Shown: positions 13,261-26,570 of the stretch, piece by piece | How positions within the stretch are numbered: the stretch's first letter is position 1 | Layout of the letters: every line of letters begins with the position of its first letter | NCBI GenBank assembly: GCA_013265495.1 | Contig: MU058213.1 | Span: 2,294,001-2,358,000, forward strand | Reading direction: 5' to 3' | Source of the DNA: Vicugna vicugna | Lineage: Eukaryota | DNA length: 64,000 nt | Made by a program: the position numbers and the translations under genes | Notes under the pieces: model-generated | What the model was told of the DNA's origin: nothing | Databases searched by the model: none | Seen by the model: only the letters and a program-made list of their open reading frames with translations

Positions 13261-13383
13261 CAAGTTTGATGTTGCATTGTAAAGCCCTTAGATAAGACAT
13301 AGAAAACTTTAAATAAACACCTCCCTCTACTACAAATGAAAAAAAATTTTTTTAGTAGTTTTTGATTTAAAGTCCGGAGGCAT

Positions 13384-13593
13384 GGTTTACAGCAACATGG
13401 ATGGACCTACAGATGATCATATGAAGCACAGGGAACTATATTTAATATCTTGTAATAACATATAATGGAAAACAATCTGAAAAAGAATGTCTGTATCTGA
13501 ATTACTTTACAGTACACCTGAAACTAACACAACATTGTAAATCAACTATACTTAAAAAACAAACAACAAAAAACAAACAAACAAAAAAAAAAA
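13384..13593 (+). mobile_element. Short, internally deleted cetartiodactyl-type L1 3' end with A-rich tail
   Basis: cagcaacatggatggacct...gcacagggaactata...gtacacctgaaactaacacaacattgtaaatcaactatact followed by an (AAAC)n/A tail. Confidence 0.85.
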
Positions 13594-13599
13594 CCAGAG

Positions 13600-13950
13600 G
13601 CAGGAAAACCATGCTGACTTACAGAAATAACAAAAATCTGAATTATGGTAGTGGTAGGACTGGTAGAAGAGTGTGAATATGAGGGATTTGTAAGATGTTT
13701 TCAAACAGATAGCCTGATTGAATATGGGGGTGAATATAATAGAATAAGAAGTCTAGGATGATTTCAGGCTTTTGACTGACTTGACTGAGTGGAAGCCATT
13801 GCCATCTTTTAAACAAAGAGAATGAAGGAAGAAAATTGAGGGAGGAATGAATCAGTTCTATTTTAAATATACTGAATTTGAGTTGCTTGGGACTCACCCA
13901 AGCAGAGATGGTCACCAGGTAGGTTCTTTGCTCTTGAAGTTTGAAAGGCA
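13600..13950 (-). mobile_element. L2 LINE fragment
   Basis: gaagtctaggatgatttcaggcttttgact and cagttctattttaaatatactgaatttgag. Confidence 0.75.
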
Positions 13951-16900
13951 GTGAGTGCATTGTGTGCTAGAGTCATTCTGAATGATGTAGTTGTAATGAG
14001 TTCTCACACTTCTGTTTGTTGGTGTAGCAGTATTTCTAAATCCCTTGACTCACTCAGCAAATAGAAGTAATGCAGTGTTTCCACTTCAGAGACATCTGCC
14101 TTTTGAAATGAGAAAGAATCACGGGACCTCTGAGACTCGTGTTTATAGAAATAGGAAATGACACATAAAGAGCAGAATTTGAAGGCTAAAGTTTGGGTTT
14201 GTCAGAGTGGATGATTTCCCTTCTTATAAAAATGAATCATTACTGATCTCAAAGTCATCTTGAAGAGAATAAATATTGACAAGAACTTGAAAATCCCCCG
14301 TGACCACCTAAATTCCTCTAAACCTTCAAAGATCATATCAAGCGAGGATATTTTCAGATTTACTGTTCTAAAAGTGATTCTGATTTGAGTTTACACAGAA
14401 TGACTTGGGATGAACTTGCTCAGAATAAAAGTAGCTTATAATCATCATTTCACATACATTCTTGTTATTTTTTCTTTAGTTTCAGCAGAAAAGTCATTCC
14501 TTCTCCTTTCTTCACTTAAAATTAATCCCTTATTTTATGTTCCATGTGCTGTTTCTTCATCTCATTTTACCAGCTGAATTTCTTTCTGTATTCATTCTCC
14601 TATTCCTCCTCTGAAAAGACATTTAATGGGTACCTACCATTTGACTCAGGCTTAAACTATCCAAAATATTAAATTAGCCCATGTGTTTAAAGGCAATTGG
14701 ACAACTATAAAATTTGATTGAGGGTGCACTGGCAGTTGGTGGGCCGGCAGGACAGAAGAAGCACTTGTTTGAGTTTTCAGACCAAGCGCCACATGGCAGA
14801 ATACTGGTTCAGGGGGGTACTCTCACTCTTATGTTCTCCTACTGGGTGGAATGACAAATCCTCTTAGGGTGAAGTTGCAGTCCTGAAATGCAAAATCTCC
14901 AGATTAGTTTGTTTCACAGGTCGTATGCAGCAGAATACTCTGACATGTTGTTATTAAATACATTCTTGTGTAGAACAATATTAGAACATTAGCACATGCC
15001 TTATTACAATACCTGTTTTCACTGATAGGAAATTGTGAGTAGCATTTTGGATAGTTTTCTTTACTTTACATCTTAATACCATATTGCAATTATATGCCTG
15101 AGCCATTGATTGAATTTTTAAGTTTTAATACACCAAGAATTGAATAAGGCTGAAAATACCTAGGCACAAGAGGGGGAAATGCTGTAACTAAAAAGGACTT
15201 TTGTATTTGAATTTTAAATGATAATCACTCAAATGTCAATATGAACATTTCCAAGCCAGTTCTGTGTAGTTCCTGATACACTTGTAATACTTCCATGTTT
15301 TGCTTGATATGGGCAAGTTAATGCCAGGTGCAGAGATGGAACATGAAGTCCGTTATAAAGGTGACCACCTGGTTCCTTTTTTTTTTTTTTTTTTTTAAAG
15401 GCGCTCACAATCTGCAGAAGAGGCAGTAAAAGAAGGCAGGCTTTAAAATTTATGACATTAATTCAACCTTGGAACCCAGCTGAGAACAGGAGTAGCACTG
15501 GCTTTCCAGGGGCACTGCTGCTTCCTTACAGAATGAAAATACAGCCATTGGTTTAAAGGGAATTAATGTGCTATACAGCACTTAAGGGAAGTAGAATCTT
15601 CTCTCAGGATTTTACATTAAGTAGCATTATTCTCATTACTCTGGCGTGGGTTTGCTGTCCACTTTTATGGAAACATGAGAATAGATTAGATCAACTCTTA
15701 AGGTCTCCTTATTTTCATTCTAGGATTACATAGAAAGAGCAGAAGCATCCTTTGAAGTGAAACTTCCCATTAGAAGACTTTGAGCTTGAGAGGATAGAAA
15801 TTTTAATCCTTTATGCTAAAAGTTACTGAAAACTGTTATGAGCAAAGACAAGAGAATGATGGTATCTGTGACTTGAATACCACACAAGGTAAAGCAGGAA
15901 AAATACTTAAGAGAAAATTTCAAGTGTGTAACAGATACAAGGATGATCTGGTTTTTATTCTGTGTAGAAATGACTTTTCTTTTTGGTTCTGAAGCAAATT
16001 TTTAGAGTTAATGATTTGACAAGTTTCTTTGTTATTTCAACAAAAAGTATTTTACTAAATCCTTTTATTTAAACTCTCAAACAATTTAGGTCAAGGAAAA
16101 ATTATGTGCTGTAACAGTCATAGTATTGTGGTAGGTTTGTTTTTAAGTCTCAGTTTATTCCAAGTTCCCTTAAATTGTTTTCCCTTAGCTTACAGATTTA
16201 ACCCCAAAGCTAGATGAGAATTATCAGTGATCAAAGGAAGGGACTTGTCCTTTAAACTGTAACTTGCTGTTTTCTCTCCATTTCTATTACTTTGGCTGAA
16301 AGATAGGGGCTGTAGATTGAAAAGAGGTAAACATACACAGTCACTCGAATCTCTCTTCATTGATTAATTTAGTAATTTACAAGAGGAGGCGTGTACTGTG
16401 GGGGATACTACAGATCCAAACAGTCCTTAAGACAGAGGCACTCGCCAAACTCAAAGGAGGACGCATCCTGTGTGGCAGTTCCATCTTGAGATGGTTTGCT
16501 TTCATGCATTGAGCTGGGAGGAGTTCTGATTGATGGAGTTACATCCAGAACCTGGAACGTGGGTGCAAGCTTTCAGTTCCTTTCTCTCCAGTGGAGTTAC
16601 TGTACTTCCCACCTGCCTCAGGGGATACCCTACCCACCTTCTCTGCCTTCTGCATCCCTTGCATTAACAGATGTTTCCTACTTAGGATTAAACATGTTTT
16701 CATCTCTGGCTGTCTCAGCCTCCAACTAATGCTTTACAAAGCTGGAAGCTTAAAATAGCGACTTCTCTGCCGGCAGAGGTAAATTTTTTACAAACTGTTT
16801 TCTGTGCTTAATAATCAGCAGAATAATCCACACCTCACAAAATTTATGTGGATGTACTTCTTGAAAGAGGTGGAATCATTATGAAATAGTGTTGGTTGTA

Positions 16901-19565
16901 AGTTGCAGGGGTGAGGATAGGGATATTATGGTTGACTATTCACCCTCCCCGTGGAAAACCTGAGACAGATGGTGGCAGTTCATTCCCCATCAAAGTCACT
17001 GTGCTTGGTGGCTACACTATCTTCCTTACACACTAGCAGGGAAGAAAAGGGGTATTTGAAACTTCATCTCCAAGTGTGGTTACAGATCCTTGTGTTGAAA
17101 GTAGAAATGTTAAGAGATAATTCCTAACTTAGAAAATTCTACAGAAGACAGAAGAATAGTTTTCCAAGATTTTATACCGGAAAGCATAGAGAAAAATACT
17201 GTTTTGTTTGCTAGGTTGAATGAGGTCTGAATAAAAAATCGACTTCTGTGTCTTCAGTGTATAGCCTGGGAGGTGAGAGAGCTTTCCATGTTTTGAAGAC
17301 TTTTGGTGAATATATTATAGGAATTAAAAAATGCATTTTGTGGTAGGTGGTTTCAAGATGACTAAAAGAGGTTTCCATTCATTAGGAAAAACATAATTGA
17401 ATGTTATTTGAACATTATAGCTCTAACCATATTACATCTTTTTGTGAAAATTAATGATTATTAGTTTTCCACACCATTAAGCAAAGCTTGGAGTAAAGAT
17501 CAAAGTTGGTTTTTGTGCATTTGCTCCCTCATGAGCTTTGGTGCCTAATATAATTATCCCCCTTTTTAGTGATTTCCTTGAAGAGAACTGATGAGCCTCA
17601 TACAAGCAAGAAACCTGAAGTCCTGCAACTTTAGATGAGAGTAGAGAGTTGCTTTCCAAAAGCTCACAGGCCTTTGTACTTTCTTTAATGCACAAGGCTT
17701 ATCTACGGGGTTATCACTAGGTTCTGTGAATCCAAAAGTTAATACCACTACAGTTGGCCATGACTCTTGGTCTCCCAGCTGTTGGACCAGGGCATGAGGC
17801 ACACTCCCAAATTTGAGGGAGTACGTGGTACCTCTCTTTCTTCCCTGGATTTATACCAAACTTGCTCTGTGGGCCAGTTAGATAGAATTATTCTTTCACG
17901 TCTGACTTGACCTTGGAGGAGCATCCTGTCTAGTAGGTAGTATGCTGAGATGGGCATAGAAACCAAAGGTTTGAACCGATCTTCCTTAACAGCCTTCCAT
18001 TGTGCCCCAAATCCTATAGACATCAAATCAGTTCAGCATAGAATTATATGACCTTGGTGTAGAAAGTGACTTTAACTTTACTTTGTATTTTCTTATTTTA
18101 AAAAATGTCTAAACCCATTTTCATCTACGTTTTAAAAAGTACTGTTTTTGTAAAACATGTCTCATTTGGAACCACTATTACAAAGCAGGTAACACCAGAA
18201 ATGGCGCACTTGAATCAGAGTTGGTGTGTGCAGGTCCTAGCGGCCAGGGCCCCTACTCACCCCCTGAAGCCTCTCGGAACCATAGGTCCTCTAGGAACAC
18301 AACTTGAAAACTACTAGGAAATATGATCTCTATAAGCCTTTTGGTTCTGAGATAATGGTTTTAAAAAGTAATTACTGTTTCCGTGTTATTGGCTCTTCAC
18401 CCCTGAGTAACTGATGTTTCCCTGTCCCCAAAAGATGCATGATTTCAGCAAATGGGGAGCCAAAGCATAATTAAGGGTGAGCAGGGGACAGTCATGGGAG
18501 GCACAGAAGGGTGATAGGTTTGCTGCTGAATAGTGAGATGTAAGAGGAGGCGTTGCTCTTCCTTAAAGGTTATTTGGCTCTCGAGTCTCATTCCCTTCCT
18601 TCCCTAAGGACAATCACTATAAAAAATTTCGTGTGTATCCTTCCAGGCTATGTTGTCATGAGTTTACTTTACTATCCTTAAATACTATAGAAGTAGAGCT
18701 TTGTGATTTAGACAATTTAATACAAATGGTGGCCATACTAGATAATTCTACAACTTGCTTTTTTTAACTCAATGTTATGTTCTTGAAAACTATTAACATT
18801 GATGCCTATTGGTTTAATTCATTTATTTTTAGTGTATTTTATCATATGCATATATATATAATTTATTCATTCCCTATTAATAGGCATGCATACTGTATCA
18901 TAATAATCTTTTCTATTACAAATAATGTAATAAACATCATTCTATGTGTATTCTGGGATGTATGAGCAAGAGTTTCTTGATGTCACATACCTAAAATTGG
19001 AATTATAGGGCAAAAGGGTAAGGAAATGTCAGCCTTACTGAGGTTTTGTTCTGCAGAGTGATCATGTACATCTTTACTGCCAACAGCACCTCATGAAAGT
19101 GTCCATCCATAACATGGTAGTCTCAGATTTTTTTTTTGTCACATCAGTGTTTGTGAAAAAAAAATAGATCACTGCAATATTAATCCGTACAGTCCTTATA
19201 GCTGAAGACTTTGAGCATCTTTTCCTATGTTTATTGTCATTTCAGATTTCCTTTTAATGAATTGCATGTTGAAATGCATTTTCTGTTTTTCTACTGAGTT
19301 GTTTTCCTTCAAGGTTTTATTGTAGATGCTAAGCTGATCATCTGTGTATTGCAGATACCTTCCCCAAATCTTTTGTGCTGTTTTTGTTGTTATCTTACTT
19401 CTGATGTGACAGTGGTGACAGATTTATCATTCTTACCCTTTATGATTTATACTTTCTGTGTCTTATCTAACACTTTTTCTCATGCAAATATATAGAACAT
19501 ACAATCTATTTAGGTTTCAGTCCTCTGAAAGTGTGTTCATGTGCAGGTTTTGAGAAATGAATCTA

Positions 19566-21280
19566 ATTTTTAAATTGAAGTATAGTTGATTTAAAATATT
19601 AGTTTCAGTTGTACAGCAGTGACTCAGTATTTATATATACATATATACCATATCTTCCCTTTTTAAAGTACAATTTTATATTCTATTTTTAAAATTTATA
19701 AAAATGTCCTTTAAAATGTCAGTGTTAGATTGCCAACTATCTTTTCTTGGAAAATATGATTTTTCTTTTTTTAAATTGAAGCATAGTTAATTTACAATAT
19801 TATGTTTCAGGTGTGCAGCATAATGATCCAGTATTTTTGCAAATTATACTTCATCATAGGTTATTACAAGATAATGGCTGTAATTCCCTGTGCTGTGCAG
19901 TATATCCTTGTTATCTGTTTATATATAGTAGTTCTATCTCTTAATCTTTATCTTGCTTATCTGTTTTATATATAGTAGTTTTATCTCTTCATCCCTACCC
20001 CTAATTTTGTCCTTCCCCCTTCCCTTTCCAGTTGGATAACCTCAAATTTGTTTATTTCTGAATCTGTTTCTCTTTTGCTATATACGTTCATTTGTAACTT
20101 TCTTAGATTCTACATAAAGTGATGTATAATATTTGTCTTTTTTTGACTTACTTCACTCAGCATAATATTGTCTAGGTCCATACATGTTGCTGCAAATGGC
20201 AGATTTCCATTATTTTTTATGGCTGGGTAGTATTCCATCTCCTTTATCCTTTCGTCTGTTGATGGGCACTTGGGTTGCTTCCATGTCTTGGCTATTGTAG
20301 ATAATGCTCTATGAATGTTGGAGTGCATGTATCTTTTTGAATTATGTTTTCATTTTGTTCTGGATATATGCCCAGGAGTGGAATTGCTGGATCATATGGT
20401 AGTTCCATTTTTAGTTTCTTAAGGAAACTCCATACTGTTTTGCATGATGGCTATACTAATTTACATTCTGATCAACAGTGTTCAAGGGTTTCCTTTCTCC
20501 ACACCTTCTCCAGCATTATTCATGGACTTTTTGATTATAGCTATCCTGACAGATATGAGGCCTCATTGTTGTTTTGATTTGCATTTCTCTAATTATTAGC
20601 AACATTGAGCATCTTTTCAGGTGTCTGTTAGTCATCTGTGTGTCTTCTTTGGAGGGATATCTATTTACGTCTTCTGCCCATTTTTTGATTGGGTTGTTTA
20701 TTTTTTTGATACTAAGATGTATAAGATGTTTCTGAATTTTAGATGTTAACTCCTTGTCAGTCACATCATTTACAAATATTTTCTTCCATTCTGTGGATTA
20801 TTTTTGTTTTGTTGATGGTTTCCTTTGCTTTGAATTAAGCTTCTAAGTTTAATTAGATCCCACTTTACAGTTTTTGCCTTTATTTCTTTTGCCTTAGGAG
20901 ATAGATCCAAAAAATATTGCTACGATTTATGTCAGTGTTCTGCCTGTGTTCTCTTTTAGGAGTTTTATGGTTTCAAATCTTAAGTTAAGATTTTTAATCC
21001 ACTTTGATTTTATTTTTGTATTTGACGTAAGGAAATGTTCTAATATCATTCTTTTACATGTAGCTGTACAGTTTTCCCAGCATCGCTTAATGAAGATGTC
21101 TTCTCTCCATTGTATGTTCTTGACTCCTTTGTCATAGATTAATTGACCATGGGTGTGTGGGTTTATTTCTGGCTTCTCTGTTCTATTCCATCAACCTAGG
21201 TGTCTGTTTTTGTGTCCGTACCATGCTGTTTATATTGGTATCTTTGTGGTACAGTCTAAAGTTAGGAAGTGTGATTCCTC
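19566..21280 (-). mobile_element. Cetartiodactyl-type L1, 5'-truncated, with two tandem 3' ends
   Basis: ORF2p remnants ([13 protein letters not shown] 20110-20328; [10 protein letters not shown] 20516-20764). aattgaagtatagttgattt-type 3' ends at ~19570 and ~19772. Confidence 0.88.
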
Positions 21281-22784
21281 TCTGTGGAAAATCAGTTGTG
21301 CCAGCTTTATTAATCCCTCACGGTTTTGTACTGCTGTTGCTTTTATCTAAGTCCTCATGTATATGTGTGTGTTTGTGTATTTAGGGGCTCTCTGATTCCA
21401 GTGGTTTTTAAATATGTTGTTACAATACCACACGGTACCAATTTTCATAGCTTTTAATTACTCTTCATATCTGATGGGGCAGTGGTGTTTTTTACTCCTT
21501 TGCATAGTGTTATTTTGGCTACTCTTGCACTGCTATTTTTTACATAAATTTTAGATGAGTTTTATAGAAATCTATGAAAACATCTGATTGTGTTGTTAAT
21601 CCCAAATGCACTGCCTTTACACATGAATTTTAGGAGACTTTGTCTTTAGATACTGAGTTTTCTTATCCATAAAATTATATGGTTGTCTACTTATTCATGT
21701 CTTCTTTCTCTTTCAAAATGTTTTTATAATTTTCTTCGTAAAGACCTTGTTTTGTTTTTTTCTTATGGACATATTATCCTTACACTATTGTAGATAAGAT
21801 TTTTTTGAGATACGTTTTCCTGGTTGGTTCTCATTAAAATTAGGCATAGTATTTGTTGATTTTATATGAAGTGACCAAATGAATATTCTTATTAGTTTAA
21901 TAGTTTTTCTTTAGATTCTTTTGGATTTTTATGTAGCTAGTAATATTGTCAATAACTAAAGAAATTTTTTTTTTCTTTCATTAGCTACGTCTTTGCAATG
22001 CTGTGTTAAATTGTAGAAATGATACCAGGCATATGTATGTGACAGCTGACCTAAAGTTTCATCATTTATTTATGGTGTGCTATGTTTTTAATAGACACAT
22101 TTTATCAAGGTAAAGGAATTACTAGAGAGTCTTAGTTTAAGATGGTTTTGCTTTTTGACTTTTTTAGGGGTTTTTTTGTAATTAATGAATGGTTAATTTT
22201 ATTAAACAGCTTATTGTATACAATGAGATTTTTTTCTTCACCATGTTAACATAGTGAATTGTACTGATGGGCTTTTTAAATCAACTTCACTGAGTTATAA
22301 AGTCTGTCTATAACATATATCCATTTTAGGTGTGAGGTTTGATTTGTTTTGACTGTTATTACACTTATGTAACCCATTTCACAATTAAGATAGAGAAAAT
22401 GTCCAGCAACACAGAAAGTTTCCTCAGGCACCTTTGCACTCAGTTCCCCAGCTTGCTACACTAGGCAACTGCTGATTTGATTGTAGTTACTGTAAATTAG
22501 TCCCGCTTGGTCTTGAACTAGAGAGGAAAGGAATGGTACAGTGTACATGTTTGTATGACTGGCTTCTTTGACTCAGCATGATATTGTGATCCATCTGCAT
22601 GCTTATATGTGACAGCAATGTACCACTTGCTTTATGGTTGTTGCAAAGTTTGTTTACATGTTCTTCTGTTGATTGGTATTTGTTTCTAGTGGGTAGCTAT
22701 TAAAGCTGCTGTGAATTTTTGTGTTTAAGTCTTCATGTGGACATATGTTGTCATTTTTCTTTCTAGTAGCAGAATTCTTGGGTT

Positions 22785-22990
22785 ATATGGTATATATTGG
22801 TTATATGTATGTATATATGTGTATATTGTGTGTATACATGTACACATATACACGTATGCACGTCTATGTTGTATACACGTACATTGTATGTTGCATATAT
22901 GTATGTTGCATATATATGTATATTGGGTTATATGGTATATGTTGGATTATATGGTTTATATATATATGATGTACATGTGAGTGTATGTTT
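22785..22990. repeat. Degenerate (TA/TG)n low-complexity tract
   Basis: Visible alternating purine-pyrimidine run inside an L1. Produces three spurious Y/I/C/V-rich ORFs. Confidence 0.9.
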
Positions 22991-25900
22991 AAATTTTTTA
23001 GAAGTACCGATCTTTTCCAGTGTGATTGTGGCATTTTACATTCACACCTGCAGTGTGAGCAAATTTGAGTTGCTTCACATACTTAGCAACACTTGTTACT
23101 GTCAGTCTTTTTAGTCATTCTACTGGATTTTCATAGTTTCTCCTTATGGTTTTAAATTTTATTTCCCCAGTGACTAATGATGATCATCTTTTTGTCTGCT
23201 TTTTGATCATATAATTTCTTTTGTGAAGTATCTTCAAACATTTAGTCTAATTTTAAATTTGATTATCTTAATGTAGTGTTTTAGATACAAAATCATTAAT
23301 ATATGTATATATTATATATACCTACATATGTACATGTATATACATACGTATGTAAATGATTTTCATATATATCATTCCTCAATCTATAGCTTCTCCCTTA
23401 ATTTTTGTGGAATAGAACTTACAAATTTTGGACTGCAGCTCATTTCTTTTTCATTTAACACTTTTTTTTTTTTAGATTGCTTAACTTAAAAAATACAGAT
23501 TCACAGGATATTGAAGAGCTGATATAGAGGTCACATCTATCCTTCATTAAGTTTCCCCCCAAAGTTGCATCCTACATAGAGTACAGTATCAAAACCAGGA
23601 ATTTGGCATTGGTACAATGTGTATGTGTTGGTCATCTTACGACATTTGTAATTTGTGTAACCACAACTGAATCAAGACATAGAACTGTTCCATCAGTAAA
23701 AAGATTTCGCCCTCATGCTATCCCTTTATAGTTGCTCTAATCCATTTCCCTTCTCCTAACCATGTACAACCTCTGGCAACAACTAATCTGTTTTCCATCT
23801 ATTTTATTCTGTCATTTCAAGAATGTTGTGTAAATGGATAATATAACAGCTGACATATGGATACTAGTGTTTTTTTCACTTAGCATGGTGCCCTTAGTCT
23901 ATTTAAGTTGTGTGTCAGTAGTTTAAGTGCTGAGTAGTACTACATGGCATGGATGTACAGCAGTTTTAATTGTTCACCTATTGAGGGATATTTTGGTTCT
24001 TTTCAGATTTGGGCTATTAATACAAAGCTGTTAGGAGCAGTCATTTGTAAGTTTTTGTGTGGACATGTTTCATTTCTCTAGGATAAATGCCCAGGAGCAC
24101 AATTGCTGGTTGAAGTATATATTTAGTTTTATAAGAAACTGCCAAACTGTTTTCCAGAGTCACAATTTTATTTTAGATTCCCACTGACAATGTATTAAAG
24201 ACCTAGTTTCACTGCACCCTCTCCAGCACTTGATATTGTCACTGTTCTGTTTGTTTGTTTTGGCTGTTCTGATAAGAATGCGTAGATATTTTACCATGGC
24301 TTTAATTTGCATTCCCTAAATACCTAGTAATATTGATAGTCTTTTTATGTGTGTGTGTGGTTTGTTTTGGGGTTTTTTTTTTTGGTCATTGTCCTCTTCA
24401 GTGAAATGTTTGTCTACATCTTTTCCCCACTTCCTAATTGTGTTTGTGGTTTTCATAGAGTTTATGGGGTTTTTTTGTTGTTGTTTTGGTCTTTTTTACT
24501 GTTGAGTTTTGAGAGTTCTGTATGTATTTCAGGTACTAATTCTTTGTTGGGTGTGTGGTCTGCAGATGTGTTCTTCCAGTTCATAGCTTGTCTTTACATC
24601 CTTCTAACAGGGTCTTTTCAAGAGCAAAGTTTTAAATTTTTATCAAATTAGTGTTGGCTTTTTGTTTGTTTGTATCATACTTTTCATGTCATGGTTAAGA
24701 ACTATTCACTGAGCCCCATGCCTTGAATATTTTCTCCTGTGTTAATTAAGATATTTATAATTCTATATTTACATTTAAATATGATTCGTTTTGAGGTAAT
24801 GTTTGCATATTATGTGAGATTTGGGTTGAGGATGGTGGTTTTTCATATGAATAGCCAATTCCTTAAGCTCCAGTTGGTGAAAAGTCTATCCTCCATTGAA
24901 TTGTTTTTGCATCATTCTCAAAAAAATCGTTTGGGTTTATTGCTGGGTTCTGTGTTCTGTTTCATTGGTTAAAGCTTTATTCTATTCACTGATAAGAGTC
25001 TTGGTTACTGTAACTATAAAGTCTTGAAATAGGGTATAGTAATTCTTCTTTGCTTTTTTGTCTTTGTTATAGCTATTCTAGTTTCTTTGCCTTCCGTATA
25101 CTTCTCAGAGAAATATTGTGGCTTCAAAAGAAATCTTGCTAGGATTTTGTTAAGAATTGAACTAAATATTTGGAAATATACAGGTTGTTGGAGCTCCTCA
25201 TTACAGCATGGCAAGGGTGGAAGTCAGCGTGGCTCTTAGTCTTGGCTGACAGCAGTGGGAAAGGGGGCTGTAGCTTCTTCTGTGCTGTTCAGCTAGGATG
25301 GGTTAACTATGGTCTAAACGTTCTGTCTTGCTGCCTGTCTCTTTCTTGGCTCTTGTGATTAAGAGAGGAGGCTTTTCTTGTCTTTACCATTGACATTTCT
25401 GGGGTGCTGGCTTCTCCAGTATTCAGTTTGCAATATTTGAGGCAAAAAGAAAACCCAGGGAGCTCATCACTATGTTCTACTTTGAGTCCCAAGTCTCTAG
25501 CGTGTATACCTTCTCTCCAACTTTCACAACTTTTTATGTATATTTATTTTATATATAATGTCCATTCTTTAATTGTATTTAGTGAGAGTAATAGGGAAGG
25601 TCAATCTTTCCTTTTTTTCCTGCAGACCGAAGTCCAATTGATTTTTGTATTATTACAATACTGTTTTATCTCAGAGATAAACACAACTTGGATAAATGCA
25701 TACCCCCATCACACTGCTATACTGAATGTAAAAAAATATTTACGATTTTACTTATGAGCTCATGTATGACATTTGTATATAATATCAGTATGTACTGTTC
25801 TTTTCTTATTTCAGTGTTAAGCTCTATACCAACCTTAGAAAATTAGTTGGGTACATTTCCTTCTGTTTCCATTCTATGTATTCTATATGACTGTAGAAAT

Positions 25901-26570
25901 CCATCCTATTTATATAGGTAGATTTGTATTACACTGGTTTTATACAGACTTGCCAAGAATGTCTACATCTGACAAACACCCACTCCAAAATCGTCACCCC
26001 ACAAGTTCATTCTAAACCCAGTGTCCTTCCTGGCTGTGGAGTTAAATTTCTTCTGTGCTCCCGTGTCAAATCTTTTGTAATTTTCCTGTATCCTCATCAT
26101 ATTGTGTTGTCATCATGAGTCAGTTTTTCAGGTTTCCCCCAGAACAAAGAAGTGTGAGATATGAATTAACATGCATTAATCTTTCACTTAGCGTCCTCCC
26201 TCTTATATCCAGAATTATGATTAAAATGTGAGCCATGCCAAAGTGTTTCCTTTGCCTTGGCAGCATGTAATGAATATCAGTAACTCACAAGACATTTGAA
26301 AGCATTCAATAAAAGAGCAGATCAAGTGCTTTACAGAATATCCAGCACATAGTTGGTACTGTGGAAAAAACTGCCAGTCAGCAATCCTCTGATGGCATTA
26401 CAGGGTTTTCTCTGAACTTTTTTCATCTCCCATCTCAATACTCTTGGGCGTACCATACATTTTGGAAAAGTCATGTATATTTTGATATGATGGTAGATAA
26501 AACATATTTCCAAAACAGATAGTGAACATTTTTATCCCCAGTGGAAGATTGATACTATCTTTGAAGAATT

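Larger units (their letters stand above)
18590..25800 (-). mobile_element. Cluster of nested antisense L1s (old L1ME host with L1MB/MC-like inserts at ~22270-23450 and ~23475-25160)
   Basis: Continuous T-rich antisense L1 motifs (ggataaatgcccaggagcacaattgctgg, agaaactgccaaactgttttccagagt). Confidence 0.7.

Noticed and set aside
13410..13435. Internal L1 deletion as a spliced-L1 retrocopy
   Set aside because: The junction tgaagcac is one base off from what the consensus donor and acceptor would give; an AG microhomology deletion is simpler.
22721..23114. Three overlapping Tyr/Ile/Cys/Val-rich ORFs
   Set aside because: Translation artefacts of a (TA/TG)n tract.
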